DNA of 64,000 nt, from positions 34,534,001 to 34,598,000 of the forward strand of contig OX597825.1 in NCBI GenBank assembly GCA_951406725.2, given 5' to 3'. A program made the translations under genes and the position numbers. The stretch comes from Octopus vulgaris. Lineage: Eukaryota. Positions 23,613 to 37,335 of the stretch are shown here, one piece after another. The number at the start of each line of letters is the position of its first letter. The stretch's first letter is position 1. The notes below the pieces were generated by a model, which was not told the DNA's origin, did no database searches, and was given only the letters and a program-made list of their open reading frames with translations.

Positions 23613-23686
23613 AAATACCCCTCCATATACACACACACAGACACAACACACACACACACACATAATTAAAAAAAAACTAATAAATA

Positions 23687-23722
<36 letters not shown>

Positions 23723-23726
<4 letters not shown>

Positions 23727-23960
23727 TATATAAACGGCAGTTTGTCTGTGCGTGTTTCTGTGTGTCTGTTTGCTTGTACCCTCACCCTGACCACGCTTTC
23801 AACCGATTCTGATGAAACTTGACACCATGATAATTCAAACTAACGTAAAATTTTGAAAAGTTCAAAAAAATCGAAAATTGACATGGGGTCGAGAATCAGA
23901 ATGTCTAGGGCGCACTCCACCTTTTTAGATCTCAAAAAAAATTTACACACACACAGCACA
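23723..23960 (+). mobile_element. Probable Helitron-type non-autonomous element, 5' fragment
   Basis: Starts TCCTATATAAA, followed by a GTCTGT-like tract and AACCGATT..GAAACTT. Assignment is by resemblance only. Confidence 0.4.
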
Positions 23961-23972
23961 CACACACACATA

Positions 23973-24058
<86 letters not shown>

Positions 24059-24065
24059 AATGGTA

Positions 24066-24275
24066 CAGAGTGGACCAAAAGTAATGCACAAAATAAGTTC
24101 AATATGGTCTGGAATTGTCAAATACATGCTTCAGTTTTTCTAAAATTGAATGAAATAAATAAAATTATTATGAATACGTGTACTTGTACATGATGGGCAA
24201 AATGATGAATTATAATAACAATGTAATATAAATAAAATGTGAAATGTTTTGGTGTCTGTCTTTTGGCCCAGCCTG
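24066..24275. mobile_element. Tc1-type MITE
   Basis: TA|CAGAGTGGACCAAAAG ... CTTTTGGCCCAGCCTG|TA. Confidence 0.65.
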
Positions 24276-26345
24276 TATATCTAGTTAGGCAGTTATTTTC
24301 TCTCTGCAATAATTTGGGTCTAGATACCAAGTTCTAAAGTCCTAAAAGGTAAGTAATAAGTAACAGAAAAGAAAATATGTCAGTACCATTTGGGAGGTGG
24401 CCTTGCTCAATGTGTGTTAAGGGAGTAGGTAGCTAGTCAATACTGTGTACTCAAACAATAAGTACACACCTTTAGCAGACTGCAGGGTATCATATATTGA
24501 GATGCACTAAGTGAACAAGAATATTTAACAGTAGGGAGTACCATAGAAATGAAGTCTAAGAACTGCTGACATGGGAGTTGCTAGAAGTAGTAGACAGTTT
24601 GTTACCTAGGCAATATATAATTAATGTGGGAGGGGTTGAAGTAAAAGCAAAATAGCTGTTGAAAGAAAGGGGTGGAAGAAGTTTAGAGAAGCTGTTAAAT
24701 TTGTAGGTAACAAAAGGGTTTATAAGCAGTCAGAGAACCTGTTTTGCACTTCGCCAGTTAGAAATAGCAATTTAGCTTCTCTGAAATTATGCCCTGTTGT
24801 TTTAAAAAGGAGAAGGCATATGGGAGAAAAAATGACAGAATGGTTGCAATTTGGTGCTGGAAAAAAAAAAAAAAAGCAAGCAACAAAAGTGTTTCTTTAA
24901 ATTTGTTTAAAAGCTTGGTGAAAGGAGAAAGAGCAGTGTCCATGTCTTTTTTCAGTCTCTCTAAGACTTGTGAAAGGGAAGAGGGAGAGGTTTCTTCACC
25001 CAGAGACCTGGCCTGCGGGCTTGTAGTAGAGTGAATTTCACTAAAGGCACTTGAGAGTTAGGTAATGATTGTGGTAATGTTAAACCAAGAGACATTAGGA
25101 ACAGCCTCCCACCAAGGGGCTTCTTCGTGGCTAACAAGTTTCACTCATCTGAGGCTTTTATAAAACTTGATCAAGGTATTGCACATCATCGTTGTCATTA
25201 TCATCATCATCATCATCAGCATCATCATTTAATGTTCATTTTCTGTGCTGTTATGGGTTAGACAGTTTGGCAGGAGCTGGAAATCCAGAGGTCTGCATCA
25301 GGCTCCAATGTCTGCTTTGGTACAGTTTATGAAAGGTGGTGTACCATTAATGGCATCAGGTGATGAATGAAAGAGAGATAACTGTGCAGATATGAGGTGA
25401 ATTGAGATGGTATTCATATGGATGCAGTATGTAGATTAATGCAAAAAAAAAAAATTACAGGATGCTGCTAACGTTGCGCATGTATTACCTTGGTCATATG
25501 TGTAGAGAGCAATTGTTCTACTAGTGTGAGAAGTTGTCATACAAAATAATTGTAATATATAAACTGTAACGGCATATGCAACTAAAGACATACGTAAGGA
25601 TATTGTATTTGCAGTTCCATTATTTAAGCAGAATGGTTTATATATATAAGTTTCCTGTACATTGTGTGTGAGTTCCAATGGTGTTTATAATTAATTGTTC
25701 ATTCTAAGCATAGAGTCTTGTAAAGAGTGTTATTTGATTGAGGGTTTTTTTTAAGTGACTTAAAAGTTGAGAATGTGTTTTGCAAGGTCAAATCAAAAAC
25801 AGGAAGAGAAAAGAAAAAGTAGAGAGACAATAAACAAGTGAAGAAAGAGAAGGTATGTTAGCTAGTGGTCAGGATAAAATGATAGAAGGAAGGGAGAGGT
25901 GAGGGGGAGAGAGATGATGAGATGAGAAGATAAAGAGTAAAAGAGTGTGAGGTTTGTTAACAGGGGTGTTGTGATAGAGCTTAAGGGATTGGCATATAAA
26001 GTGTAGAGACAAAACAAGGGTAGTAAAATTGAGGTGGAATGAAGAATTAAGAATATAAGTCAAGTTGCTTAAATGGACAGGTTAGTGGTGAGTAGTAGAA
26101 GAAATAAAGAATTTACATTTGTGAAGATGTATACATACATACATATCCACACATGTATATTGACATTAACATATATCAATATATATGTATGCATACAAAC
26201 TATTGTATCTTACATTCACGCATATACACACTCATTTGTATCTATTTTTGTCTATATAAATTCATGCATACATAAATGCATGCTTGCAAACTCACACAGG
26301 TACATAAATGTTTGCAAGTGTTTACATGCACACACGTGTACATGT

Positions 26346-26391
<46 letters not shown>

Positions 26392-26707
26392 GCAGGTATG
26401 CATACAATATGTATCTACACATAGTCATATACACATATGTACTTATATAAAATATCTATACCTATAATAATATATATTCACATGTACCTGCTTGCATGTT
26501 CATATATGCATATATACATATAAATATACACACACATATATATACTTATATAATACATACACACACACATATACATAATGTACATATATATATATATACA
26601 TCACATACATACACACACATATATACACAAACTCATACATACATGTGTCTATATGTAATATCACACCTGCACATATATGTACATACACTGTGCATGCATA
26701 CATACAT

Positions 26708-26771
<64 letters not shown>

Positions 26772-26889
26772 TTAAATAATTGTGATCCTTAAGTATGAAA
26801 GAGGAATTAGATAAGGATTAGAAGTTCAAATGTAGATTTATAAGGTTATTAAAGATTACCTAAGGAGTATTGTGGAAATAGACTGTGTG

Positions 26890-29060
26890 GTTATTTAGGC
26901 ATATTACTGCATACCTCTCCCGCCTTTGCTCTAAGGAGTAGTGTCTTAGCTGTTTCAGCCTTTCCCAGTGACTGAGCTGTTGCAACAAGACGATCTTCTT
27001 TTGTGAAGCTTCACTGGATTGCTTAAGGTCCTCTGTTAATTTTACACTGTTGGGTGACCAGGAACAGTAATCCAGGCAGATGAGGACAAAAGTTCTCCAG
27101 AGGACCATCATGGTTTCCTTTTCTCTGGTTCTAAACATTCTCAGGATCCATCCAGCCAGTCATCTGCACTTTGTTGCCATCCTGGTAATGTGCACTTGGA
27201 AAGAGGTATCATTACTCATGTCGATACCCAGGTCCCTCACTGATTTAGCCTCTGGGATTGTAATCCCTTGTGGACCAGTGTACCCTGTAAGTTTTATATT
27301 CAGTTTGGATATTGGAAGCGCATTTTTCAGCATATTATTATCCTCATTCCATCTGTAAATTGAGTCCAACTCCTGCTGCAGGTGCGCTACATTGCTGGAG
27401 TTCTGTATTTTCTGTGAGATTTTTGTATCGTTTGTGTAGCTAGCAAGGGTGGCTATCCGGGTAGTTGAGGGCATATCTGCGAGGGCCACTATGAATAGCA
27501 GTGGTCCCAAGACAGTGCCCTGTGGAACACCACTCACTATTTGTGTTTTTATTGAGATGGCTCCATTGGCCACTACTACCTGACTTCTATCTTTCAGAAA
27601 GTCATGTAACCACTCTCCAAGTATTCCAGCTATGCCAAGATCATGCAGTTTGTGGAATATCATACCATGATCCACTTTGGTCATTCAGTACCCCACTGAT
27701 CCTGGTTGGACTATCTGTGAGGGAGCCATCCTTTTGGAAGAGGGGTCCTATCTTGCAGCATACTGAGGCTGTTTCTTTCGCATAATGAAAGAAGGCCTTT
27801 GGGTTTGACTTAATGTTTTTTTATAACCCTGACGTTTTTGTCTGTTCTCTCCCTCAGATAGGATTGTTGCAGGCTTTTTTTCAGTCTCCAGTGTTTTTTT
27901 TAGGTGGGATCTTTTGCTACTTTTGGAATGTTGGTTGAGGTGATTTGCAACCTTTGTCCGTTGTCTCATGAGGATCTTCCTCTCTCTTGGAATCTTGTTC
28001 TTTTTTGTGTTGGCCTTGTGCTCGGACATATTTCTGGTATATGGTTTGCATAACAGATATGAAATATTCTAGTTTCATGCCAATGTCTGGTGTGGAGAGA
28101 TGTTTCAGCCAGTCCTGTCTGAGGATCTTTTTTTGGATAGATTTTGGGTGCTTCCTTTATGCTGTATGTCTCTGGCTACTTTTGGCCCATACATAGACAG
28201 CTTTATTATGTTGTGATCCAAGACTAATGTTGGCATCACTTTCACATCATGAATGATGTCCATATTGTTTGTGAAGCAGAGATCCAAAATGTTATTTACC
28301 CTAGCTGGTCTGAGTACAACTTGCTCCTTGAATAGGGCATTAGTGAGGTTGAGCAGGGACTCCACTTGTGCTTGTTTGCAATGAGTCATTCCTGTGAGCA
28401 TGAGGCCTTTGGGCCATTTGACATTGGAGAAGTTGAAATCACCCATAAGAAATACGCTCACATGGTATTCCAGTTTCATGAAGATTTCTTTAATTCTTGT
28501 GAGTCAATCTTCAAACTTGCCTTGGTGGTTTGGAGCATCTGGTGGGAAATTTGTATTGCATATGACTATATTGTGGTTATCTTATGTATACAATTAGAGT
28601 GTCACAAACTGAATTTGAGTATGACAGTAATACCTAGGGTGTGAGGTCATCACGGATGTATATAGCAACTCCACCATGGCTCCTTTCCTTTCTGTCTGTT
28701 TGCAGTATAGTATATTTTGGTACATGTACTTCTACATCCTCCATATTGGGGCTCAGATGAGTTTCCACAAGTGTTATGCATAGGGCTTAATTGCATGCAG
28801 CAAGGTCTCTCAAGAAAAAAATGTTGCTTTTGTTGTTATGATGCAACAGGCCCCCCAATATTTAATTAAAATATTGGCATGACAACCGTGCAGGCATTAG
28901 TGGAGGCCATCCCTTGTCTGTTGATTGTAGTGGTCTTGCGCTGTGGTGTGCAAGGTTCCTTGTTTGTGCTTGATGTATCCATGTCAGCTGCTGCACAATC
29001 TTTTGCACCATGCACATAAAAGACTCTTGCTCAGCTGCTGCCTTGCACATAACATCTGAA
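26890..29060 (-). mobile_element. Degraded CR1-like LINE (AP endonuclease + RT, with internal deletion)
   Basis: MGDFNFSNVKW, NILDLCFTNN, SGVPQGTVLGPLLF, VRDLGI, LDYCS motifs. Confidence 0.9.
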
Positions 29061-29074
29061 GAGTGCACTGCTTT

Positions 29075-29077
<3 letters not shown>

Positions 29078-29117
<40 letters not shown>

Positions 29118-29143
29118 TTATATATATATATATATGCATACAA

Positions 29144-29233
<90 letters not shown>

Positions 29234-29360
29234 TTATATATATATATATATATGCATACAATATTTATATATATATATATATATATATGCATACAATATT
29301 TATATATATATATATATATATGCATACATTATTTATATATACATTATATACATATATTGT
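29078..29360. repeat. (TA)n with recurring TGCATACAATATTTA units
   Basis: Directly visible. Confidence 0.9.
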
Positions 29361-29481
29361 CCAACCCATGCTAGCATGGAAAACGGATGCTAAACGATGA
29401 AGATGATGATGATGATATGCATACATTAATCATCTATACTTTATATACATATATATATGCATATGTTATTTATATATACAT

Positions 29482-29515
<34 letters not shown>

Positions 29516-30752
29516 TACACACACAATGTATGTATATTTACGATCATTGGTGTTTCCTGCCTGAATAGATGACATGAAATTTATCTGTAAAATATGAAAA
29601 TGAATGCAAATAGCAGATCAAGAAACAGTTAGAAAGAGGGGATATATATGCTATGTGAAGCCTACTTCAATTAAATGGCTTTGATTGTATGCTTTTGTTT
29701 TAAGTACTAGGAGTTACCCTTAAGCACTGTCATTATCATTGTCATCATCATTAACATTTTTATGTCCATTTTCCCTGCTGGCATATGTTGGATGAGTTAT
29801 GTTCCAAGTCATCTTCTATTTAGAGCTGTTGCTTCCTTAGACTGATGCTCACATGTGTCATTTGGCTGTGTTCCTACTGCTTGATGCTCTTCCTATTACT
29901 AACCACTTTACAGAGTGTACTGGGTGTGTTTTACAGAGTATACTGTGTGTTAAGCAGTTGAGTAAAGGGATCTCAGAAGCTTTGACATACTTGGACACTG
30001 GCATAACTAAGTGGTTGAGAAGTTTGCTTCATAATTCTGTATTTGATCCCACTTTGTGGCATTTTGGACAAATGTCTTTTACTATAGTCTTGGGTTGACT
30101 CAGCTGAATCCTTGCAAGTGAAAATAGGTTGACACAGGTCCATTGGGTGGGATATCTGTAATTCAAAAGACCAAGTTTCTTACATCACCATTCATGCTAA
30201 TTCTACTTGGTGATTACATTAAGAGTGTCATAGCCCTGTTGAATACTCAGCGACTTACAATGAGTAGATGGTGAATCCGGTTGATCAAACAACTCTGATA
30301 CTCACCATTGGGACTAATGAAAGAGCCATTTGCTTTTTTACTTTGAGTAGGGTATTTGTATATCTATCTATCTATCTTTCTTTCTTTCTGTGTGTGTGTG
30401 TGTGTGCACCCACATACATACATATATATGTAAGTGTATGTGTACATTTCTCTTTCTCTCTTTTTCTGTGTGTGTGTGTATATACACAGGCATGACAGAA
30501 GTAAATAGACACCTTTATAATCAGTAAAACTTAATTAAATCTAAAATTATACGTTCAAATTCTTCATTAATTGTCGTAATGTGAATATTTAATATTTAGT
30601 AGGCATTCCCTTTGCATTTTTCAATGCAAGGACCCTATTAGGCTTGTTACTGATCAGATGACGAATTCTCTTGTGAAATTTCTTGCCAAGTTTCATGCAG
30701 TAATCTCAAAAGATCTGATTTTGAGGTTACTTTCTTGTTCTTTTTAGAAAGT

Positions 30753-30922
30753 GTATTTTTCGATGTTATTATCATTATTATTGTTATTGTTCAGGTCACT
30801 GCTTGGAATTGAACTCAGAATCTTGCGCTCTTAACCCCAAGATTCCGAGTTCGATTCCAAGCAGTGACCTGAACAATAATAATAATAATAATAATAATGA
30901 TAATAATAACATCGAAAAATAC
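30753..30922. repeat. Inverted repeat with B-box-containing arms
   Basis: GTATTTTTCGATG-(TTA)n-TGTTCAGGTCACTGCTTGGAATTGAACTC mirrors GAGTTCGATTCCAAGCAGTGACCTGAACA-(TAA)n-CATCGAAAAATAC. Confidence 0.85.
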
Positions 30923-30959
30923 CTTTGGAATGAGAACCCAGGTTCAAAATTTCCCCAAG

Positions 30960-31003
30960 ACTCCTGATGAAGGCTGGAGGGTATATCAGCCAAAATGTTG
31001 TGT
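30960..31003 (+). ncRNA. Decayed minimal hammerhead motif
   Basis: CTGATGA-a-GGCTG..CAGCC-AAAATGTT; CCGAAACG appears eroded by CpG decay. Confidence 0.45.
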
Positions 31004-31084
31004 TAACAACAAACAAACAAGATGAGGACAAATATCCGTCAAATGTAAATAATGTACATAATTCCTCATCTCTTAAATATAGAA

Positions 31085-31235
31085 CTGGTACTTATTTTAT
31101 TGACCACGAAAGAATGAAAGGCAAAGCTGATGTTAGCAGCATTTGAACTTAGAGCCAGAAATGTAAAGAGATTGGATGAAATGCCACTAAGCATTTTGCC
31201 CTGTGCGATAGTGATTCTGTTAGCTCACCGCCTTC
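31085..31235 (-). mobile_element. SINE family B (decayed)
   Basis: CTGGTACTTATTTTATTGACC...GAAAGGCAAAG. Confidence 0.7.
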
Positions 31236-31629
31236 ATGAGGAATCATATTAAGAATGGAATGCAAACTACCCTATTAAACTTACTAAGAGCAGAGTTCTC
31301 AAAATTGAGTTCTGTCTAGAAGTTTAAAATCTGAAGTCAGTTTATTTATTACACTTCCATCCCAGCCACCTGGGATGGAAGTTCTTGCTTTTCAACCGCA
31401 GGCCAGCATTAATTGATTATACCTATGATCAAAGGTATTCCAGCTGTCCCCTGCTTTTTTCATTATTATTATTTTTGTTTTCCAGACATACTAGATCTGA
31501 GACTACAGTTTCAATATGGCCTTTTTTTTCTGTTTTAAAGAAAATGTGACTACTATTTCTAGTGGGTATAGTGGCCCCCTCATTGACTCATACTTTATAT
31601 AACCCAAGTGGCAGAAACTACTTACTAAA

Positions 31630-32900
31630 TATATTAAGGCGCCTAAGCAGTCTGTGAACTCCTTTTCACAAGTGCTTCCACATTAAGAAGTTCTGGATCT
31701 CAGGCAATCTACTTGAGTTCCTCTGCATATTTTGTGCATCCATTGATTGCATTAAATATACAATATTGAGTTTCTACTTTTCCTTTATTACTCTTCATGC
31801 AGGCACACTTCTCAAATGTGCCTACTCTTACTAACTGGATATTTACCCTGTTGACATTTTGACTCAAGGTCCTTTTCTAGATCTGGACTATTTTTTTTCT
31901 ATTCTTCTACATATATTGTAACAGTAACCATATCTCCCTATGTCATCCAGTCCCAAATTCTTCTGTGATTGCATTAAGAACTATAATAATTAGTATGGAG
32001 CTAAGGATAGACTACTAGTGAATACTTTCCTGGACAGTAAACCCCTTGTGAACTAATTGTACATGTCATGTTTGCTCACAGCTCTAATAAAATATTCATC
32101 TACCTAATTTTCTCAGTACCCATCAGACTATCACAGAGTAGGACCTCTTCAAATTCTTTCTCCAAGTCATTTAATAGAACAGTTTATTCTTAGTTATGAA
32201 CTTCACTTTCAGTTATCTCACTGAAAATATTACATCTTTTGTTCTATATCCTAGTACAAATTTAAGCTGTATCTCAGTTTCCACTGTATCAACTTTTCTA
32301 TGACTCGTCTTGTCCATCAGTTAGAGGTCTCTGTAATTTCCTCTTCTGCCTTTATAAGGATTACTGCTACATCACTCATTGGAGATAATACCTTCTTCCT
32401 TCACTACTTAATTAACTGAACAAGTCATTATCATATGACCTACATAATCTGATATATTCAACATCTCAGCAATTATCCTTGATGGACCTGAAGTTCCCTG
32501 CCTTCATATCCTTAATAGCCTTAATAACCAACCATACTGAAGCTAACCTTGATAGCTACCCCCACTGTTGGTTTCACACATATTCCTTATTTAACGATCT
32601 CTCACTGTAGCTTTCCCTTGCCTTCTTTTTCATGTCACTGAGGGCAAGTACACCCATGTTGTTTTAAACTCATTTCTCTCCGCTCTGTATCCTGGTTCAT
32701 ACAGACACATTCTGACTTATAATTCTGAATATTTGATGTCTCTCATCCACATCCTGCACAACATTAACCGCATCCACCTACCCGCAGCTTCTTTCCTGAC
32801 TAGAAATACCTGATTTTTTGCCTCCCTCCTGACTACTCACTTTTCTTCCACTTCTTTCAGGCCTGTTACTCTATTTACTGTACTGTTTTGTACTATTCTA
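31630..32900 (-). mobile_element. Highly decayed RTE-like LINE
   Basis: Patchy nucleotide resemblance to 53500-54750, e.g. 32600-32820 vs 54380-54600. Confidence 0.45.
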
Positions 32901-35470
32901 CCAACAATAGTTTTAACCCTTTAGCGTTCAGATTATTCTGTCAAATGTGATACTTATTCATTCACATTGTTTTGAATTAATCATGCACTATCTTATAGCT
33001 TTGAGATTTTGATGATGTGAATGTTTATTTTAGAATGACTTTGTTGGGTAGGTGTGAGAGGTCACATCTAATCAGTTTCAACATAATACAGGTAGAATAT
33101 TTCAGCCAGATATGGCCAATTTAAATACTAGAGGGATAAGCTAGTGTTAAGAGATTTCATGTGGAAAACTAAAAATAAAAAAATAAATTACAAAAATCTT
33201 TAATAAAAGACCCCCATTCAAGAAGGGGAAAAGGATACTGACTAATATTTTAGCCTCTTGGCAAGATTATTCTGGGCATACTGTGGTCTGTTTAGACTTC
33301 ATCAATAAAGTACAGACTTCACCATTTTCACCAATGACAGTGATGTGAGAATCAGCAAGTAAATGTACAAGATTGTACAGTTGCAGGCCTAGAAAAGTAA
33401 CATGTTGCCTATTTCTTAAGCTAGCGGCCTACTTCATCCATAGCACTTGATCAGCAAATTACACAGAGACATGTGTATTTACATATACTATGTATGACAA
33501 GCTTCTGTACAGTTTATGTCTACCAAATTTCACTCAAATGTAATGATTGACTGCACATGAGTATGACATAACACAGCTAATTAATTGGTTTGAAATAAAT
33601 TCCGTTCAACTTACACTTTTCTTTGCTTGTGTGGATAAGATGGAATTTGTTGAGGCAACTTTTCAACCTTTGGATGCCCATCCTGCCACTGACTGTCACT
33701 TGTTTCCAAGAAAGGTAATGTTTCTCCCATGACAGACATAATTTTCATAAAAGACTGGAAATAAACTTCATCACTTGCTTGACAGTGATGCTAGTTTACA
33801 ACCATCATATGATGGCTTCTTTGTCAGCATCTGCCAAATCCACTCATTCCCTTACAAGGCTCAGGTCAACCAGGGGCTATAGCTGAAAACACTTGTCCAG
33901 GGTTCCATGCACTGGGAATGAACCTGAGACCATATGGTTGGGAAGCAAGCTTCTTAACCATACAGCCACACCCACACCTGTACCATGCCTATACCTTCAA
34001 TACATCTGCACTTGTAAATTTATACACTCAAAATGTTTCTGGAACTTTCTGGGATATTTTGAATATTCTTTATCAATTAAATTAATATTTTCTGTTGCTT
34101 TATAACATTAAAAAAAAATAATTTATGAAGTAAAATATTTGCTCTACAGAATATCATTTATATTTACTTTACATAGTCAGCTGACTTACTAGAAATAACA
34201 GCCCCAACTCCCTCAAATCATAAAGAAAGAGAAAACAGATTAAAAAATGTAATCCTTTTTCTCTATACTTGAGAAAAAGGTGAAAAGGTGATGGCCAGAA
34301 TATCTTTGATCATAGTTTTGCTCAGTTAAGGTTGACCTGTGGCTAAACAGCAGCTGAAGTAATCTCAAGCTATCAAGGGAACCTGTATGTAATTGCTTGA
34401 ACTTCTAGAAATAACAGCCAAAACTCCTTTAAACCATGCTATTCATCTTATTGAAAAGGAGGACACAATGGATAATGTAGTTCTAGATACATATATTGGA
34501 GAAAAAGATGGAATAGTTGTAGCTGTAACATTTTAATCATAGATGTGCTAAAGAACAAAGACACAGGGGATTGGAAATCTATTAGAGTACACATTTTGAG
34601 GGTCACTTTGAAAAAAATATATTAGACATCATTACCCTACATATCTCTTTAGAACTGTATAGAAACATTGCTACTAGTCTCTTTGTAGAGAAGAATTTCA
34701 TCCCATGCTGGTCATGTCTTGGGTTTCACTGTTCAGCTCCTATTACAGACAGCTGCTCTCCCACCACCCATCTCTCCCCCCCCTCTCTCTCTCACACACA
34801 CACACATATGCACGCACGCACAGTCACAAATATCTATGCTCCCACTTCCTTTTTACTGTTTCAATCCCTAAAGGATTATGTCACACGAGGCAACTAGTTT
34901 CTATTTCAATAGTGAAGAAAACATCTAAGCCCCTATCGTTCTTACCTGCAAAACTGACATGCATACATATATGCATGTGCACTTATACACGTGCATACAC
35001 TCACTCACTTCCTTTGCTATAGGAACATTAATTACAATAGAGTGACTGCAAGTAATGTTTGTGTACATTGTACGCTTGCCTAGTCAAGCAATATATGTGT
35101 AAATATGTATGTTAGATGTATGTGTTACTTAAATGGTATGTATTTGTAATTAAAAGCATGGCTATAACTTGTCCCTGAGATGCTCTTTACACATTGTTGG
35201 CCTGCAGAGGAGTGTGTGTGGTGTGGTGAGAATGCTGGTAGGTGGGGTTGCCATAGTTACCAGGTAACTTTGTATGCCCCATCTCTTGTGCAGTATTGTC
35301 AAAAGTCTTTTAACATTTACATGCTTGTGTACTTGAAGAAAAGCTATTAAAAAAAAAAAATGAAAAATAAAAAAATAGAAAAAAAATACTATTTCAGAAT
35401 GAACATTTCTGATGTTTAAGCTTGATTAAACCAACCACACTTCTTTTCTCATTTCATTGTAGAGAATTTT

Positions 35471-35919
35471 CAAGGTGGCTAGCTGGCAGAATTGTTAGCA
35501 CACCAGACAAAACACTTAGCAGCGTTTCATCTGTCTTTACATTCTAAGTTCAAATTCCATAAAAGTCAACTTTGCATTTTATCCTTGTGGGATTGACAGA
35601 ATAAGTACAGTTTGAGCACTGGGGTCAATATAATTGACTAGCTCTATCTCACAAAATTTCAAGCCTTGTGCCTTATTAGAAATTATCATTATTATTATTA
35701 TTATTAAGGCAGGAAGCTGGTAGAATTGTTAGCATGCTGGGCAAAATGCTTAGCAGTATTTCATCAGTCTTTATGTTCTGAGTTCAAATTCTGTTGAGTT
35801 CGACTTTGTTTTTCATCCTTTCAGGGTCGATAAATTAAGTACCAATGAAACTTTAGAGTTGATTTAGTTGACTAATCTCCTCCCCCAAAATTTCAGGCCT
35901 TGTGCTTATAGTAGAAAGA

Positions 35920-35920
<1 letters not shown>
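35471..35920 (+). mobile_element. Two tandem SINE family B copies
   Basis: AAGG..AGCTGG.AGAATTGTTAG heads at 35472 and 35706. Confidence 0.82.
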
Positions 35921-35963
<43 letters not shown>

Positions 35964-35967
<4 letters not shown>

Positions 35968-36332
35968 TAGTTTTCTTTTTGTAGCGTGCTTTCACTTCAC
36001 TACCAAGCGCAGCTCTGTGTGCTTTGGGTATGTTCTGTGGTTTGCTGCGATGCTCTGATGGTTACTGTATTGAAAGTGTTTTGCATAGGATGTGTGCAGT
36101 GCCCAGTAGTGCAGTTTTCTGTATGTAATATATATTTGTATGTCCTGTTGTTTTTCTTATGTATTTGTCTGAATATTTTTTTATCATACCCAATGCACCT
36201 CCTATGAGAGGAATTGTTTCCGTTTTTAGATTCCACATTCGAGTTACCTCTATTTCCAGTTCTTTGTATTTTGAAAGTTTCTCCATTTCTTTTAGAGAAA
36301 CATTGACATCTGCTGGTATTGAGACATCAATT
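35964..36332 (-). mobile_element. R4/Dong-clade non-LTR retrotransposon 3' end (restriction-like endonuclease) abutting (TAA)n
   Basis: LIDVSIP...EKLSKYKELEIEVTRMW...IGGALG...IQKTALLGTAHIL. The 3' UTR runs into (TAA)n at 35921-35963. Confidence 0.85.
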
Positions 36333-36337
36333 AGAAG

Positions 36338-36481
36338 ATGTGGCTGTGTGGTAAGAAGCTTGCTTCCCAACCACATGGTTCCGGGTTCAGTCCCACTGTG
36401 TGACACCTTGAGCAAGTGTCTTCTATAAAGCCTTGTGAATGTATTTGGTAGACAAAAACTGAAAGAAGACCATCATGTGTG

Positions 36482-36536
<55 letters not shown>

Positions 36537-36785
36537 ACACATATATACATATATATTTGTGTATGTTTGTGTTTGTCTCCCCCCCCCTCCACACACACAC
36601 AATTGCTCAACAATTGATATTGGTGTTTTTACATCTCTGTAACCTAGCAGTTTGGCAAAAGAGACCAATAGAATAAGTACTGGGCTTGTAAAGAATAAGT
36701 CCTGAGGTCAATTTCTTTGGCTAAAAACCCTTTAAGGTGGTGCTCCAGCATGGCCACAGTCGAATGATGGAAACAAGTAAAAGAA
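36338..36785 (+). mobile_element. SINE family A
   Basis: Head, (TA)n and tail are all present. Confidence 0.85.
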
Positions 36786-36794
36786 TACATAACT

Positions 36795-37335
36795 TGTGCA
36801 TCATGGTTGTTGCCAGTGCCATGTAGGTGGTGCCCATGAATCATACGTGGTCGCTGCCGGTGCTATGTAAATGACACCCATGCATCATGGTCATAATTGT
36901 TGATGGTACCATATAAGTGGCACCTGTGAATCATTGTGGTCAATGCCGTGCATCATAGTCATGATCACCATCAACAGTGCCTTGTAAATTGGCACCCAGT
37001 AATCATGGTTGTTGTAAATAGCATCCATGAGTCATGGTTATTGCCAGTGCCTTGCAAATGGCACCCATGAATCATACTCATGGTCATTGTGAGTGTGATG
37101 TAAATAGCAACTGTGAATTGTAGTCATGGTTGTTGCTGGTGTCATGTAAATAGCACTTGTGCTGGTGGCACATAAAAACACTCCTGGAGTGGTTGGCATT
37201 AGGAAGGGCATCCAGCTGTAGAAACTGAGTCAAATCAAACTGGAACCTGGTGCAGGTCTCTGGCTTGCAAGCTCCAGTCAAACCATTTAGCCCATGCTAG
37301 TATGGAGAGTGGACATTAAATGATGATGATGGTAA
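36795..37335 (+). mobile_element. RTE 3' UTR: ~45-bp tandem units, conserved tail and (GAT)n
   Basis: Repeats of CATGGTTGTTGCCAGTGCCATGTAAATGGCACCCATGAAT, then GGTTGGCATTAGGAAGGGCATCCAGCTGTAGAAAC. Confidence 0.7.

Noticed and set aside
36795-37175. CRISPR-like array
   Set aside because: The units are degenerate tandems without unique spacers, there are no cas genes, and the context is eukaryotic.
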